Shown here: piece by piece, positions 39,385-50,317 of the stretch
How the letters are laid out: each line of letters opens with the position of its first letter
Numbering within the stretch: the stretch's first letter is position 1
Origin: an uncultured Candidatus Rokubacteria bacterium
GTDB lineage: Bacteria > Methylomirabilota > Methylomirabilia > Rokubacteriales > CSP1-6
Reading direction: 5' to 3'
DNA: 64,000 nucleotides
Assembly (NCBI GenBank): GCA_963827505.1
Contig: CAWHBD010000001.1
Coordinates: 2,310,663-2,374,662 of the forward strand
Translations under genes and position numbers: made by a program
Notes under the pieces: model-generated
The model's input: only the letters and a program-made list of their open reading frames with translations
Database searches by the model: none
Told to the model about the DNA's origin: nothing

Positions 39385-39505
39385 GGAGCGACGAGAACGG
39401 TGCAGATGCGAGGCGGTGAGGAGTTCCCGACTGAGGCGTAGGCCGCCTACGCCGCAGGGAGGGAACGACGAGCCAACGAAGCAGATGCGCCGTTATCGTC
39501 GCTCC
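39385..39505. repeat. Palindromic MITE/REP-like element, copy A (121 bp), filling the SDR-PfkB intercistronic spacer
   Basis: Terminal inverted repeats are ggagcgacgagaacggtgc and gcgccgttatcgtcgctcc. The central hairpin is ggcgtagg-ccg-cctacgcc. The core ccgactgaggcgtaggccgcctacgccgcagg nearly matches copy B at 53625-53747. Confidence 0.7.
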
Positions 39506-39508
39506 GCC

Positions 39509-40255
39509 TCACACCATTGTCAGACCACCGGAGACACTCAGCGTCTGACCGGTGATGTAGCCGGCATCGTCGGAGGCGAGGAACACGACGGCGGGGGCGA
39601 TGTCTTCGGGGGTGCCGAGGCGGCCCCAGGGAATGACGCGCTTGAGGCTCTCGGCGAGCTTGGGGCTGGGGCCGGCGAACTCCTTCTGGAACAGCGGCGT
39701 GTCGGACGGGCCCGGGCAGACGCAGTTGACGTTGATGCGGTGGCGCGCCGTCTCTCGCGCGATGGTCTTGGTGAAGGCGATGAGGCCGCCCTTGGCGGCG
39801 GAGTACACCGCCTCGCCGGTGGAACCGACGCGCCCGGCGTCGGAAGCGATCGAGACGATCTTGCCGTAGCCCTGGGCGATCATCGGCCGCAGCACCGCGT
39901 GGGTGCAGGCGATGGGCCCCTTGAGGTTGATGGCGAGGATCCGGTCCCAGAAGTCCGGCGTCGTCTCGACGAACGGGATCGGCTTGTCCCAGCCGGCGCA
40001 GTTGACCAGCACGTGCACGGTGCCCCAGCGGGCGACGATCTCGCCAACCACGGCAGCCACCCGGCCGGCATCGGCCACGTCGACGGGCCAGGCGTGGGCG
40101 GCACCGCCGATCTCGCGGGCCACGGCGGCGGCGCCGTCGGCGTTGAGGTCGAGCACGGCCACCCGCGCGCCCTCGGCGGCCACGGCCAGCGCGATGGCGC
40201 GGCCGATGCCGCTGGCGGCGCCGGTGACGATCGCGATCTTCTCGGGCAGTCTCAC
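39509..40255 (-). CDS. Short-chain dehydrogenase/reductase (FabG-like)
   Basis: IAIVTGAASGIGRA...NCAG...YSAAKGG...PGPSDTP. GTG 40255 forms a GTGA overlap with the ACAD stop. Confidence 0.88.
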   Translation of the reverse strand: MRLPEKIAIVTGAASGIGRAIALAVAAEGARVAVLDLNADGAAAVAREIGGAAHAWPVDVADAGRVAAVVGEIVARWGTVHVLVNCAGWDKPIPFVETTPDFWDRILAINLKGPIACTHAVLRPMIAQGYGKIVSIASDAGRVGSTGEAVYSAAKGGLIAFTKTIARETARHRINVNCVCPGPSDTPLFQKEFAGPSPKLAESLKRVIPWGRLGTPEDIAPAVVFLASDDAGYITGQTLSVSGGLTMV

Positions 40256-41403
40256 GGCAGGATGGCCTTGGCGATGATGTCGCGCATGATCTCGCTGGTG
40301 CCGCCGCCGATCGTCATGAGCCGGGCGTCGCGGGCAAAGCGCTCGACCGCGTACTCGCGCATGTAGCCGTAGCCGCCGTGGAGCTGCACGCAGTCGTAGG
40401 CCACCCGGTTGACCATCTCGGCCGTGTACAGCTTCACCATCGAGACCTCGCGCACGCACTCCTCGCCGGCGGCGAACTTCGTGCACGCCGCGTAGGTCAG
40501 CCAGCGGCCGGCCTCGATCTGGGTGGCGAGGTCGGCCAGCTTGTGGCGGATCACCTGCTTGTCGCTGAGGGGCCCCCCGAACGCCTGCCGCTCGCGCACG
40601 TAGGCGATGGTGTCCTCCAGCGCGCGATCGGCCATGGCGACGGCGTGCAGGCCGGCCACCAGCCGCTCGCGCTGGAAGACGCGCATGACCTCGTAGAAGC
40701 CCACGCCCTCGCGGCCGAGCAGGTTCCCGGCCGGTACCCGCACGCCCTCGAAGGACAGCTCGGCGGTGTCGGAGGCGCGCATGCCCATCTTGTCGAGCGT
40801 GCGGCTCACCGTGAAGCCGGGGGTGGCGCGCTCGACGAGGAACATCGAGATCCCCCGGTGGCGCTTGCCGGTGTCGCGCCGACTCCACGCGGGCGGCCAC
40901 GAAGAAGACGTCGGCGGTGGCACCGTTGGTGATGAACATCTTGGCGCCGTCGATCACGTAGTGGTCGCCGTCGCGGACAGCCCGGGTCCGGATGGCCGCC
41001 ACGTCGCTGCCGCCGCCCGGGCTCGGTCACCGCGATGGCGGTGAGCGTCTCGCCCCGGCAGATGCCGGGCAGGTAGCGCTCCTTGAGCGCCTCGCTGCCC
41101 GTCCAGTAGAGATGCGGGCGAGGCCATGTCGCAGTGCACGCCGACCGCCATGGCGAACGAGCCCGAGCGTGAGCGCGCGCACTCCTCGTGCAGCACGGCC
41201 GAGGTGAGGACGTCGGCGCCGGCGCCGCCGTACTTGTCGTCGTACTCCACGCCGAGCAGCCCCAGCTCGCCCATGCGCGGCCAGATCCAGCGCGGCATCC
41301 GGCCGGCCGCCTCCCACTCCTCGACGTGAGGGGCGATCTCCTTGTCGACGAACGCCCGCACCGTCGCCCGGAACATCGCGTGCTGCTCGTTGAACGGATT
41401 CAC
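40252..41403 (-). pseudogene. Acyl-CoA dehydrogenase; at least three frame changes (near 41125, 41015, 40890)
   Basis: The N-terminal MNPFNEQHAMFRATVRAFVDKEIAPHVEEWE... is in ORF 40954..41403. AAIRTRAVRDGDHYVIDGAKMFITNG is in ORF 39509..41002. ISMFLVERATPGFTVSRTLDKMGMRASDTAEL...GGYGYMREYAVERFARDARLMTIGGGTSEI is in ORF 40252..40923. Confidence 0.8.
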
Positions 41404-41440
41404 GGCTCGCCTCCGGCCTTCCGACTATACAACGCGCTGG

Positions 41441-42964
41441 TCAGGCGGTCGCGTTGCCCCACGCCGTCTTCACGGCCTCGCGGTCCACGGCGCCGTCGCG
41501 AGTGCGGGGCAGGGCGTCGGTGAACACCACGACGTGGGGTCGCTTGAACCGCGCGATGGTGGCGCCGACGTGGTCGGTCACCTGCTGGGCCGTGTAGCGG
41601 CCGGCCGGACGCACCTCGACGACGGCCTTGACGGCCTCGCCCCAGCGGACGTCGGGCACCCCGTACACGCAGGCGCCGGTGACGCCCTCCATCTGCACGA
41701 TGACCGTCTCGACCTCGGCCGGGTACACGTTCTCGCCGCCCGGCTTGATCAGCTCCTTCTCGGGCTTCCGCCCGACGTAGTGCAGGTAGCCGTCGGCGTC
41801 GAAGCGGCCCACGTCGCCGGTGTGGTGCCAGCCGTTGCGGAAGGTGTAGGCGGTCACGTCCGGCTGGCCGAAATACCCCTGGAAGACGAGGGGGCCACGC
41901 ACGGCGATCTCGCCCGGCGTGCCGGCCGGCACCGCGCGGTCGTAGTCGTCCACCAGGCCGATCAGCGCGGCCGGCACCGGGCGGCCGGCGGCGCCGGGGC
42001 GGTCGAGCACGCGCTGCAGGCTCACGAAGCCGCTGGTCTCCGACTGGCCGAACCCGGTCCAGAACTTCGCCCCGGTCGTCTCGTGCAGGCGCTGGATGGT
42101 CGGAGGCGCGTCGAGGCCGGAGACGTCCCGGAGGCTCGGCAGCCGGCTGCCGAGCTTGTCGGCGGCGTCGAGAAGCGAGCTGAGCACCGGCGGAAAGTCC
42201 GACAGGTGGGTGATGCGGTGGCGGTCGATCAGCCGCACCGCCTCCTCGGCATCGAAGCGCGACACCACCACGCCGGCGGCGCCGGCGTGCATGTGGGCGA
42301 GCGCGGTGCCGAGCGCGGTGATGTGGAAGAGCGGCAGCGCGACCAGATAGCGGTCGGCCGGCGTGACGCCGAAGGCGGCGATGGCCGTGAGGTTGGCGGC
42401 CACGATGTTGGCGTGGGTGAGGACGGCGCCGCGCGGGACCACGTCGACCGCCGCCGTCGAGATGGCGGCGAAGGCGTCGTCGGGAGCGACCGCGGGCGGA
42501 GGCGGCGCGCCCTCCCGGTAGAGCGCGGCGAGCGGTGTGAACCCGGGGGCGGACGACTCGCCCAGCTGGTACCAGTGCCGGACGGCCGGCTTGGCCGCCG
42601 GCCAGCCGCCGACGGTGGCAAGGGCGGCCGCGTCGGCGACGAACATCACGGGGGCCGCCCGTTCCACCACGCGCTCCACCTCGGCGGCGGTGAGGCGCCA
42701 GTTGATGGGATAGGCGACGATGCCCTGGCGCGCGCAGGCGCCGTACAGCTCGAGGTAGGCGACGTCGTTCTGGGCGAGGATGCAGACGCGGTCGCCGCGG
42801 CCGACACCGAGCCCGGCCAGCCCGCCGGCCAGCGCGTCGACCCGATGCTGGAACTCCCGGAAGGACCACGCGCGGTCGCCCTGGAGGACGGCGGGGGCGT
42901 CGCCGTAGAGCGACGCGCCCCGCCCGATCATGTCGTAGAGGGTGAAGCCGTGGACGGCCATCAC
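41441..42964 (-). CDS. AMP-dependent synthetase/ligase (acyl-CoA synthetase family)
   Basis: Intact 507 aa. ...LTHANIVAA..., FGQSETSG, TGDVGRFDADGYLHYVGRKPEKELIKPGGENVYP. Confidence 0.85.
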   Translation of the reverse strand: MMAVHGFTLYDMIGRGASLYGDAPAVLQGDRAWSFREFQHRVDALAGGLAGLGVGRGDRVCILAQNDVAYLELYGACARQGIVAYPINWRLTAAEVERVVERAAPVMFVADAAALATVGGWPAAKPAVRHWYQLGESSAPGFTPLAALYREGAPPPPAVAPDDAFAAISTAAVDVVPRGAVLTHANIVAANLTAIAAFGVTPADRYLVALPLFHITALGTALAHMHAGAAGVVVSRFDAEEAVRLIDRHRITHLSDFPPVLSSLLDAADKLGSRLPSLRDVSGLDAPPTIQRLHETTGAKFWTGFGQSETSGFVSLQRVLDRPGAAGRPVPAALIGLVDDYDRAVPAGTPGEIAVRGPLVFQGYFGQPDVTAYTFRNGWHHTGDVGRFDADGYLHYVGRKPEKELIKPGGENVYPAEVETVIVQMEGVTGACVYGVPDVRWGEAVKAVVEVRPAGRYTAQQVTDHVGATIARFKRPHVVVFTDALPRTRDGAVDREAVKTAWGNATA

Positions 42965-42968
42965 GACG

Positions 42969-43424
42969 TCAGCGGCCGACGATGTCGCCCTTCATCGGCC
43001 CCAGCGCGCCCAGCAGCTCCTGCTTGGCCCCGGCCGGCACGTTGTTCTTGTCCAGGGCCTTGACGAGATTCTGGACGGTGGCGGTCCACTCTTCCTCGGT
43101 GATCTTCATCCCGGCATGGGCCGCCTTCATGTCCTTGCCCAGGTAGGAGCAGGGGCCGCCGGTCGCATCGCAGATCTGGTCGGCGAGGTTGGACTTGAAC
43201 TTCTCGACCTCGGGGCCCTTCATCCCCTTGAACCGCGCGTTCACCCGCGGGTCGGCGACCATGGTGGTCATGAAGTCGGTCACCACGAGCGAGATGCCCT
43301 CGCGCCCGCCCAGCCGCTTGTACAGCGACGGCGCGCTCGGCGCATCCTGCCCCATGCTCGCGCACGCCCCCAGATTCACCACCAGCAGAATCAACAGACC
43401 TCCCCACCCCAGCATTCGTCTCAT
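42969..43424 (-). CDS. Group I truncated haemoglobin with lipoprotein signal peptide
   Basis: MRRMLGWGGLLILLVVNLGAC (lipobox L-G-A-C) is followed by SLYKRLGGREGISLVVTDF...FKGMKGPEVEKFKSNLADQICDATGGPCSYLGKDMKAAHAGMKITEEEW. Confidence 0.8.
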   Translation of the reverse strand: MRRMLGWGGLLILLVVNLGACASMGQDAPSAPSLYKRLGGREGISLVVTDFMTTMVADPRVNARFKGMKGPEVEKFKSNLADQICDATGGPCSYLGKDMKAAHAGMKITEEEWTATVQNLVKALDKNNVPAGAKQELLGALGPMKGDIVGR

Positions 43425-43450
43425 CGTCCTGGGTCTCCCCTGGTGGCTCA

Positions 43451-44253
43451 CTAGCTGAGCCAGCGTTTACGGCGCTTGTAGTGCTTCACGTCGCGGTAGG
43501 ACTTGCGGGCGCCGACCTCGGTGAGGCCGAGGTAGAACTCCTTGATGTCGGCGTTCTCCCGGAGCGCCTCGGCCGCTGCCCTCCAGCACGATGCGGCCGT
43601 TCTCCATGACGTAGCCGTGGTCGGCGATCGCCGAGGGCCAGCGTGGCGTTCTGCTCGACCAGCAGCACGGTGAGCTTCTCCTGGCGGTTCAGCCGCTGCA
43701 CGATCTCGAAGATCTCCTCGACCAGCATGGGGGCCAGCCCCAGCGACGGCTCGTCGAGCAGGATGACCGCGGGGGCCCGACATCAGCGCGCGGCCGATGA
43801 CCAGCATCTGCTGCTCGCCGCCCGACAGGTAGCCGGACTGCACGTGGCGGCGCTCCTTCAGCCGGGGGAAGTACTGGTAGACCCGCTCGATGCCCTCCCG
43901 CGACCTGGCCGCCGGTCGGCGCTGGGTGTGGGCGCCGGCGATCAGGTTCTCCTCGGTGGTCAGGTGCTCGAACACCCGCCGGCCCTCGAACACCTGCACC
44001 ACCCCGCGCTGGACGACCTCGTAGGGCGGCAAGCGGTCGATCCGCTGGCCGCCCGAGCTCGATCGTGCCCTTGGTGACCTCGCCCCGCTCGGTGCGGAGC
44101 ACGCCCGAGATGGCCTTCAGCGTGGTCGTCTTGCCGGCGCCGTTGGCGCCGAGCAGGGTGGTGATCCGCCCTCCTCGCGACGTCGAGCGACACGCCCTTG
44201 AGGACGAGGATGACGCCGTCGTAGATGACCTCGATGTTGTTGAGGGTCAGCAT
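43451..44253 (-). pseudogene. Cassette 1: LivF-type ABC ATPase; at least 5 frame changes
   Basis: [93 protein letters not shown] and ...[17 protein letters not shown]-stop are spread over three frames. Confidence 0.75.
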
Positions 44254-45572
44254 GGCGATGGCGCGCGGAGTGGGCCGGGCCCCCTCCGCCTCTCCGTTCT
44301 CGCGCGCGGCTTCTTCGCGCCGCTCCTTGATGTGCTTGGCCACGACGTCCGGGTAGGCCGCGAACCACTCCGTCGACCTTCTCGAACTTGCCGTCCTTGA
44401 CCTGCCAGATCTGGACGAGCCCGCCGCCCTCGTGGTCGGTGGGCGTGATCTTGAGCGGCGGCACCAGCCCGCCCAGCGTGAAGTTGGTGATCTTCTCGAA
44501 GCCGGCCTTCGACGTCGGCGCCGGTGATCTTGCCGTCCGGCTTGGCCTTGAGCGCGTTGCGGATGGCCTCGACGTGGAGCGCGCCGACCAGCACCCCGCG
44601 GTTGTAGAAGACCGTGGAGGCCATCTCCTTCGGCGCCGCCTTGCCCTGCTTCTTGTACATCTCGCGGATCTCGTTCAGCACCGGGTAGTCGCTGCCCACG
44701 CCCGGCGAACTGCATCGTGGTAGTAACCCTCGGCGACTGCGAAGCCCGCCGGCCGCCTCGATGTTGGCCTCGGCCGAGCCCCACACGAACGCCACCACCT
44801 TGCGCAGCGGGTAGCCGATCGCGCTTCAGCTCCTTGATCGACACCGACGGGCGCGCCGCCGAACAGGTGGGCGATCGACGAAGTCGGCGCCGGAAGCGCT
44901 GGGCGATGTCGAGCACCTGGGCGCCCATCTCCACGCCGGGAGGCGGCACCGCGAAGGTCTTGAGCTGGAACCCCTCCAGGGCTCGCGAGGTCCTCGAGCA
45001 CCTCGATCGGCTCCCGGCCGGCCGGGTTGTCGTAGAAGAGGTAGGCGATCTTCTTGCCCTTGAGGCTGCCGCCGAGCTGCTTCTTGGCGAAGTCGACGCG
45101 CGGCCGCCGCCTGCGACCAGTAGGTGGCGGCGATGGGGAAGATGTACGGGTAGCGCTGGCCGTCGGCGGCGGCGGCGCTGCCGAAGCCCGGCGAGGTGCC
45201 GGGGATCCGGTCTTCCGTCAGCTTGGCGGCGAGCGCGTAGATGTGCGGCGTGCCGTAGACCGATGATGGTCACGGCGCCTTCCTTCTTGTGGCGCTCGTA
45301 GGACTCCATCGCGGGCGGCACCTTGTACTCGTGGTCGATCTCGAGGGCCTTGATCTTGTGGCCCTCCACGCCGCCCTTGCTGTTCACGAGCGCGACGTAG
45401 TCGTGGGTGCCCGGGCACAGGACCGTGCCCACGATCTGGGTCGCCCCGGTGCGGTCGCACTGCATCCCGATCACGATCTCGTGCCTTGACCGTGCCGGGC
45501 GACGCGCCGCGCGACAGCAGTCCCTCCGGCGGCGATCAACGAGGCTGCGGCAAGAGCCAGGATCTGCCTCAT
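44247..45572 (-). pseudogene. Cassette 1: LivK-type periplasmic substrate-binding protein; many frame changes, 3' end uncertain
   Basis: SD GGAAAGGAGA plus MRQILALAAASLIAAGG. Fragments: IGMQCDRTGATQIVGTVLCPGTHDYVALVNSKGGVEGHKIKALEIDHEYKVPPAMESYERHKKEGAV, LEGFQLKTFAVPPPGVEMGAQVLDIAQRF, PLKITPTDHEGGGLVQIWQVKDGKFEKV. Confidence 0.65.
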
Positions 45573-45597
45573 GAGCGGTCTCCTTTCCTCGCGTACC

Positions 45598-46672
45598 TCA
45601 GTACGCGAACGGCCAGACGCGGAAATAGCTCCGGATGTTCCGCCACAGGCGGTTCAGCCCCTCGGGCTCCACGATCAGGAAGAAGATGATGAGGGCGCCG
45701 AACAGCATGAGGCGGAGGTTGGGGATCAGGTTGAGCACGGTCTGCTGGCGAGAAGAACAGGCCGCCGAACGCCTCCATGGCGTAGCCGGATGACGATGGG
45801 CAGCAGGGTCACGAAGACGGCGCCGAAGATCGAGCCCAGCACCGAGCCCAGCCCGCCGATGATGATCATGGCCAGGTAGTCGATGGACACGCCGATCTGG
45901 AACTGCTCGTAGTTGGCGATGCCGAGGTAGTACGTGTAGAGCACGCCGGTGACGCCCGGCGTAGAACGACGAGATCGCGAAGGCCAGGAGCTTGTAGCGG
46001 AAGATGTTGATGCCGATGATCTCGGCCGCGATGTCCTGGTCGCGGATGGCGATGAAGGCGCCGCCCGATCCGGGTCCGCATGAGGTTCATGGTGCCCACG
46101 ATGGCCAGCACCACGAAGACCAGCAGGAAGTAGTACATGTCGCGCTGGGTGTCGAGGACGATCGGACCCAGCCGCGGCCGGGCCACCTCGATCGAGGCCT
46201 GCACGCCGCCGCTGATGAAGGTCACGTGGTTGATGGTCCACTCGATGATGAGCTGCCCGGCCAGGGTGGCGATGGCCAGGTACAGGCCCTTGATGCGCAG
46301 CGACGGGATGCCCACGACCGCCCCCACCAGCGCGGCCATGAGGCCGCCCGGCGAGCAGGTTGACCGGCCACGGCGAGTCGAGCCGGTTGGCGAGGTTGGC
46401 GGCGGTGTAGGCGCCCACCGACATGAAGGCCCCGTGGCCGATGGAGACCTGCCCGGTGTAGCCGACCAGGATGTTGAGGCCGAGGGCGCCGATGACGGCG
46501 ATCCAGACGAGGTTGCCGATCGACAGGTAGTACTCGTGCAGCGTCAGCGGGATGACGAGCAAAGAACAGCACCGCCGAGCCGCCGCCACCGTCCACCGCG
46601 CGATCGGCAGCGGGTACAGCGCCATGTCCGCCTCGTAGTCGTCTTGAGCACCCCGCACTCGCGATGGATCAT
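45598..46672 (-). pseudogene. Cassette 1: LivM-type ABC permease; several frame changes
   Basis: MIHRECGVLKT, YEADMALYPLPIARW, IAVIGALGLNILVGYTGQVSIGHGAFMSVGAY, IKGLYLAIATLAGQLIIEW, DYLAMIIIGGLGSVLGSIFGAVFVTLLP, and the hand-translated end GALIIFFLIVEPEGLNRLWRNIRSYFRVWPFAY-TGA. Confidence 0.7.
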
Positions 46673-46676
46673 CGCC

Positions 46677-47590
46677 CTAGATCCTCTCGATGATGCGTTT
46701 GCCGAAGATGCCGTAGGGACGGATCATGAGGGCCAGGATCATCAGGACGTAGGGCGCGAAGTCCTTGGTGCCGCCGCCCACGTAGGGGTCCACGTAGCCG
46801 GCGGCGACGTTCTCGACGATGCCCACGATGAGGCCGCCGATGATCGCCCCGGGGATCGAGTCGAGCCCGCCCAGGATCACCACCGGGAACACCTTGAAGC
46901 CCACCAGCGCCAGGTTGACGTCGACGCCGAGCAGGTTGCCCCAGATGATGCCGCCCAGCGCCGAGACGATGCCGGTCATGGCCCACGCCAGGCCGAAGTA
47001 GCGCTCGACGTTGATGCCCATGGCCATGGCCACCTGCTGGTTGTCGGCCACCGCCCGCATGGCGATGCCCTTGCGCGACTTCAGGAAGAACCAGCCGAAG
47101 CCGGCCGAGGAAGACCAGGCTGACCACGCGCCCCGAGGAGCTGGATGGGCGGGATGAAGAGCGGCCCGAGCATCGAAGGGCTCGTCGGGGATGGGCAGCG
47201 GCAGCGGCCTTGGTGCCCGGCCCCGAAGATGGACGGGCCCGAGGCCGCGCAGGATCGGCGGCCAGGCCGATGGTGGCCATGACCACGGCGATGACCGGGC
47301 CGGCCGATCAGCTTGCGCAGCATGACCCGCTCGAGGGCGAAGCCGAAGCGCGACCATCCCGACCAGCGCGGCCGCGATGGACACGCCACAGCGGCGCGCC
47401 TGCCGGAGCGCCGAGCAGCCGCGGCCACCACGAGGCCGGCGATCATCACGAACTCGCCCTGGGCGAAGTTGACGGCGTCGGTGGCCTTGTAGACGAGCAC
47501 GAAGCCCAGCGCGATCAGCGAGTACATCAGGCCGATGAGCACGCCGTTGGACAGCAGCAGGAGCGAAGAAGTGCCGAGCTCATCAGACAT
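46677..47590 (-). pseudogene. Cassette 1: LivH-type ABC permease; several frame changes
   Basis: MSDELGTSSLLLLSNGVLIGLMYSLIALGFVLVYKATDAVNFAQGEF, then ...GIAMRAVADNQQVAMAMGINVERYFGLAWAMTGIVSALGGII...VILGGLDSIPGAIIGGLIVGIVEN...YGIFGKRIIERI-TAG. Confidence 0.75.
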
Positions 47591-49528
47591 GGGCGGGGAC
47601 CTCCGCCACGTCCTCGATGTGGACGCGCGGAGCGGATCGTCGCCCTGGCGGCCGTCCTCGTAGGTGATGGCCGTGGTGAGCTCCACCTCGCTCGCGCCGC
47701 CGTAGAAGGCGTCGATCGACCGGCGCGTACTTCTCGGCCACGTAGCGGCGCCGGACCTTGCGGGTGCGGGTCATCTCGGCGTCGTCGGCGTCGAGGTCCT
47801 TGGTCAGGAGGAGGAAGCGCCGGATCCGCGGTGGCCTCCGGCAGCGTCTCGTTGCCCCGGCGGATCTCCTCGCGAATGAGGCGCGCGGACCTCGGCCTTC
47901 TGGCTCAGGTCCGTGTAGGAGGTGTAGGCGACGCTCGCGCCGCTCGGCCCAGCTGCCCACCGTGTTCGAGGTCGATGGCGATCATCGCCGTCGACGAACG
48001 GGCGCTCGTGGCCGAAGGCGCACCGCCTCCCGGATGTAGGGGCTGAACTTCAGCTTGTTCTCGATGAACTGCGGCGCGAAGGCGGTGCCGTCGCGCAGGG
48101 CGCCCACGTCCTTGGCCCGGTCGATGATGACCAGGTGGCCGCGCGGGATCGATGAAGCCGGCGTCGCCGGTGTGGAACCAGCCCTCGGCGATCGATGACC
48201 TCGCGGGTGGCCTCGTCGTTCTTGAAGTAGCCCTTGAAGATCCCCGGGCTCTTGACCAGCACCTCGCCCCGGTCGCCGATCTTGACGTCGATACCCGGGC
48301 ACGGCCGGCCGGCGGTGGTCGGGATTGGCCTCGGCGTCGGGCTGCAGCGACACCAGCCCGGTGGTCTCGGTCGAGCCGTAGACCTGCTTGAGGTTGACGC
48401 CGAAGGCGCGGAAGAAGCGGAAGGTGTCGGGGCCCAGCGGCGCCCCGCCCGTGTAGCGCCCACCGGGCGCGGCGCAGGCCGAGCTGGTCGCGCACGGGGC
48501 CGTAGACGAAGAACTCGCCGAGCGTCGACCAGCAGCCGCAGGCCGGAGCGGCACCGGCTTGCCCTCCGCCCGGAGAATCTCGGCCCGCTCGGCGACGCCG
48601 CCGGAAGTCTCGAACACCCAGCGCTTGAGGCGGCGCGGCGTCGGCGGCGCGCACCTGCACGCTGGTGAGCATGTTCTCCCAGATGCGGGGCGGGGCCAGC
48701 ACCGCGGTGGGCCCGAGCTCGCGCAGGTCGCGCTGCACCGTCTCCGGGCTCTCCGGGCAGTTGACGCACGAAGCCCGACCATCGAGGCTGATGACCAGCG
48801 TGTAGAGCGAGTCCCCCACCCAGGCCATGGGCAGGTAGGCGAGCCAGTTGTCCTCGAGCCGGATGTCCTCGGCCTTGATGAGCGTCTGGCCGGTGCCGAC
48901 CACGTTGGCGTGCGTCAGCATGGCGCCCTTGGGGTGGCCGGTGGTGCCCGAGGTGTAGGCAGATCAGGGCCAGCGTCGTCGGCCCGGCCGTTGTCGATCT
49001 CGGCCTCGAAGCGGCCCGGGTGCTCGGCGCCGAAGCGCCGCCCCAGCTCCTCGATCGTCCGCGAGCGACTGCAGCCAGTCGGGACGAGTACTGCGACATC
49101 CCGCGCGAGTCGTCGTAGAGCAGCAGGCGCAGATTCGGGAGCTGGTCCTTCAGCGCCAGGATCTTGTCCACCTGCTCCTGGTCCTCGGCGACGATCACCG
49201 AGACCTCGGCGTGGTTCGAGGACGAAGGCCAGCTCCTTGGCGATGGAGTCCTGGTAGACCGGCACCGAGACACCGCCCAGGCACATGGCGGCCACCTGCG
49301 CCCAGTAGAGCCGCGGGCCGGTTGTCGCCGATGACCGACAGCTTGTCGCCGCGGGCGAAGCCGAGCGCGGCCAGGCCGAGCGCGATGTCGCGCACGTGGG
49401 CGTGGTAGTCGCGCCAGGTGAACGTCTGCCAGATGCCCCGATCCTTCTCGCGGATGGCCGGTCGGTCGGCGTAGCTGCTGGGCGTTGCGTGCAGCAGGAG
49501 CGGGGCAGCGTCGTGGCAGCTCAGCCAC
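47583..49528 (-). pseudogene. Cassette 1: long-chain acyl-CoA-synthetase-like AMP-binding enzyme; many frame changes; start tentative (GTG 49528)
   Basis: [150 protein letters not shown], ...VHIEDVAEVPAHV-TGA. Confidence 0.7.
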
Positions 49529-50317
49529 GGCGGCGCTCCGTCGGCGCGGCCCTTGGGGTCGCCGAGGTAGGCCTTGATCACCTGCGGATTGGCGCGGACC
49601 TCGTCGGGCGTGCCGTCGGCGATCTTGCTGCCCATGTCGAGCACCGCCACCCGGTCGGAGATGTCCATGACCACCCCCATGTCGTGCTCGATCAGGATGA
49701 CGGTCGTGCCCCACTCCTCGTTGACGTCGAGGATGAAGCGCGCCATGTCCTCCTTCTCCTCGTGGTTGCAGCCGCCCATCGGCTCGTCGAGCAGCAGGAT
49801 CTTGGGATCGAGGGCCAGCGCCCGGCCCAGCTCGACCCGCTTCTGGAGGCCGTAGGCCAGGGAGCCGGTCGGCCGCTTCCGGAGATCCTGGATGCGGAGG
49901 AAGTCGATGATGTCCTCCACCCGCTTGCGGTGGGCGACCTCCTCGCGCTGGGCCAGGCCCCAGTAGACGAAGGACGCCAGCACGCCGGTCTTCATGTGCA
50001 CGTGGCGGCCGAGCATGAGGTTGTCGAGCACCGTCATGCCGCGGAAGAGGGCGATGTTCTGGAAGGTGCGCGCGACCCCGCGCTCGGCGATGCGGGAGGG
50101 GGCGGCGTGGGTGACGTCGGCCCCCTCCAGCACGATGCGGCCGCTGTCGGGGTGGTAGAAGCCGCTGATCATGTTCAGCAGCGACGTCTTGCCGGCCCCG
50201 TTGGGCCCGATGACCGACAGCAGGTCGCCCTGGTCGACGTCGAGGCTGACCCGGTTGACGGCCTGCACGCCCCCGAAGGCCTTGGAGATCTCCTGGATCT
50301 GCGAGCAGTGCGCTCAT
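49521..50317 (-). pseudogene. Cassette 1: LivG-type ABC ATPase; frame change right after codon 5, 3' end tentative
   Basis: The ATG at 50317 forms an ATGA overlap with the upstream LivF-type stop. MSALL then (shift) [47 protein letters not shown]...[16 protein letters not shown]...LLLDEPMGG...[17 protein letters not shown]...VIKAYLG. Confidence 0.75.

Noticed and set aside
49195-50268. Apparent LivG-ATPase / acyl-CoA-synthetase fusion ORF (357 aa reads through from VIKAYLG into [14 protein letters not shown]).
   Set aside because: The junction lies in the indel-dense block. A GTGGCTGA start/stop overlap (49521-49528), typical of this array, is present in the other two frames. In cassette 2 a GTGA overlap (55484-55487) likewise separates the two genes. 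The fusion is most likely created by an indel.
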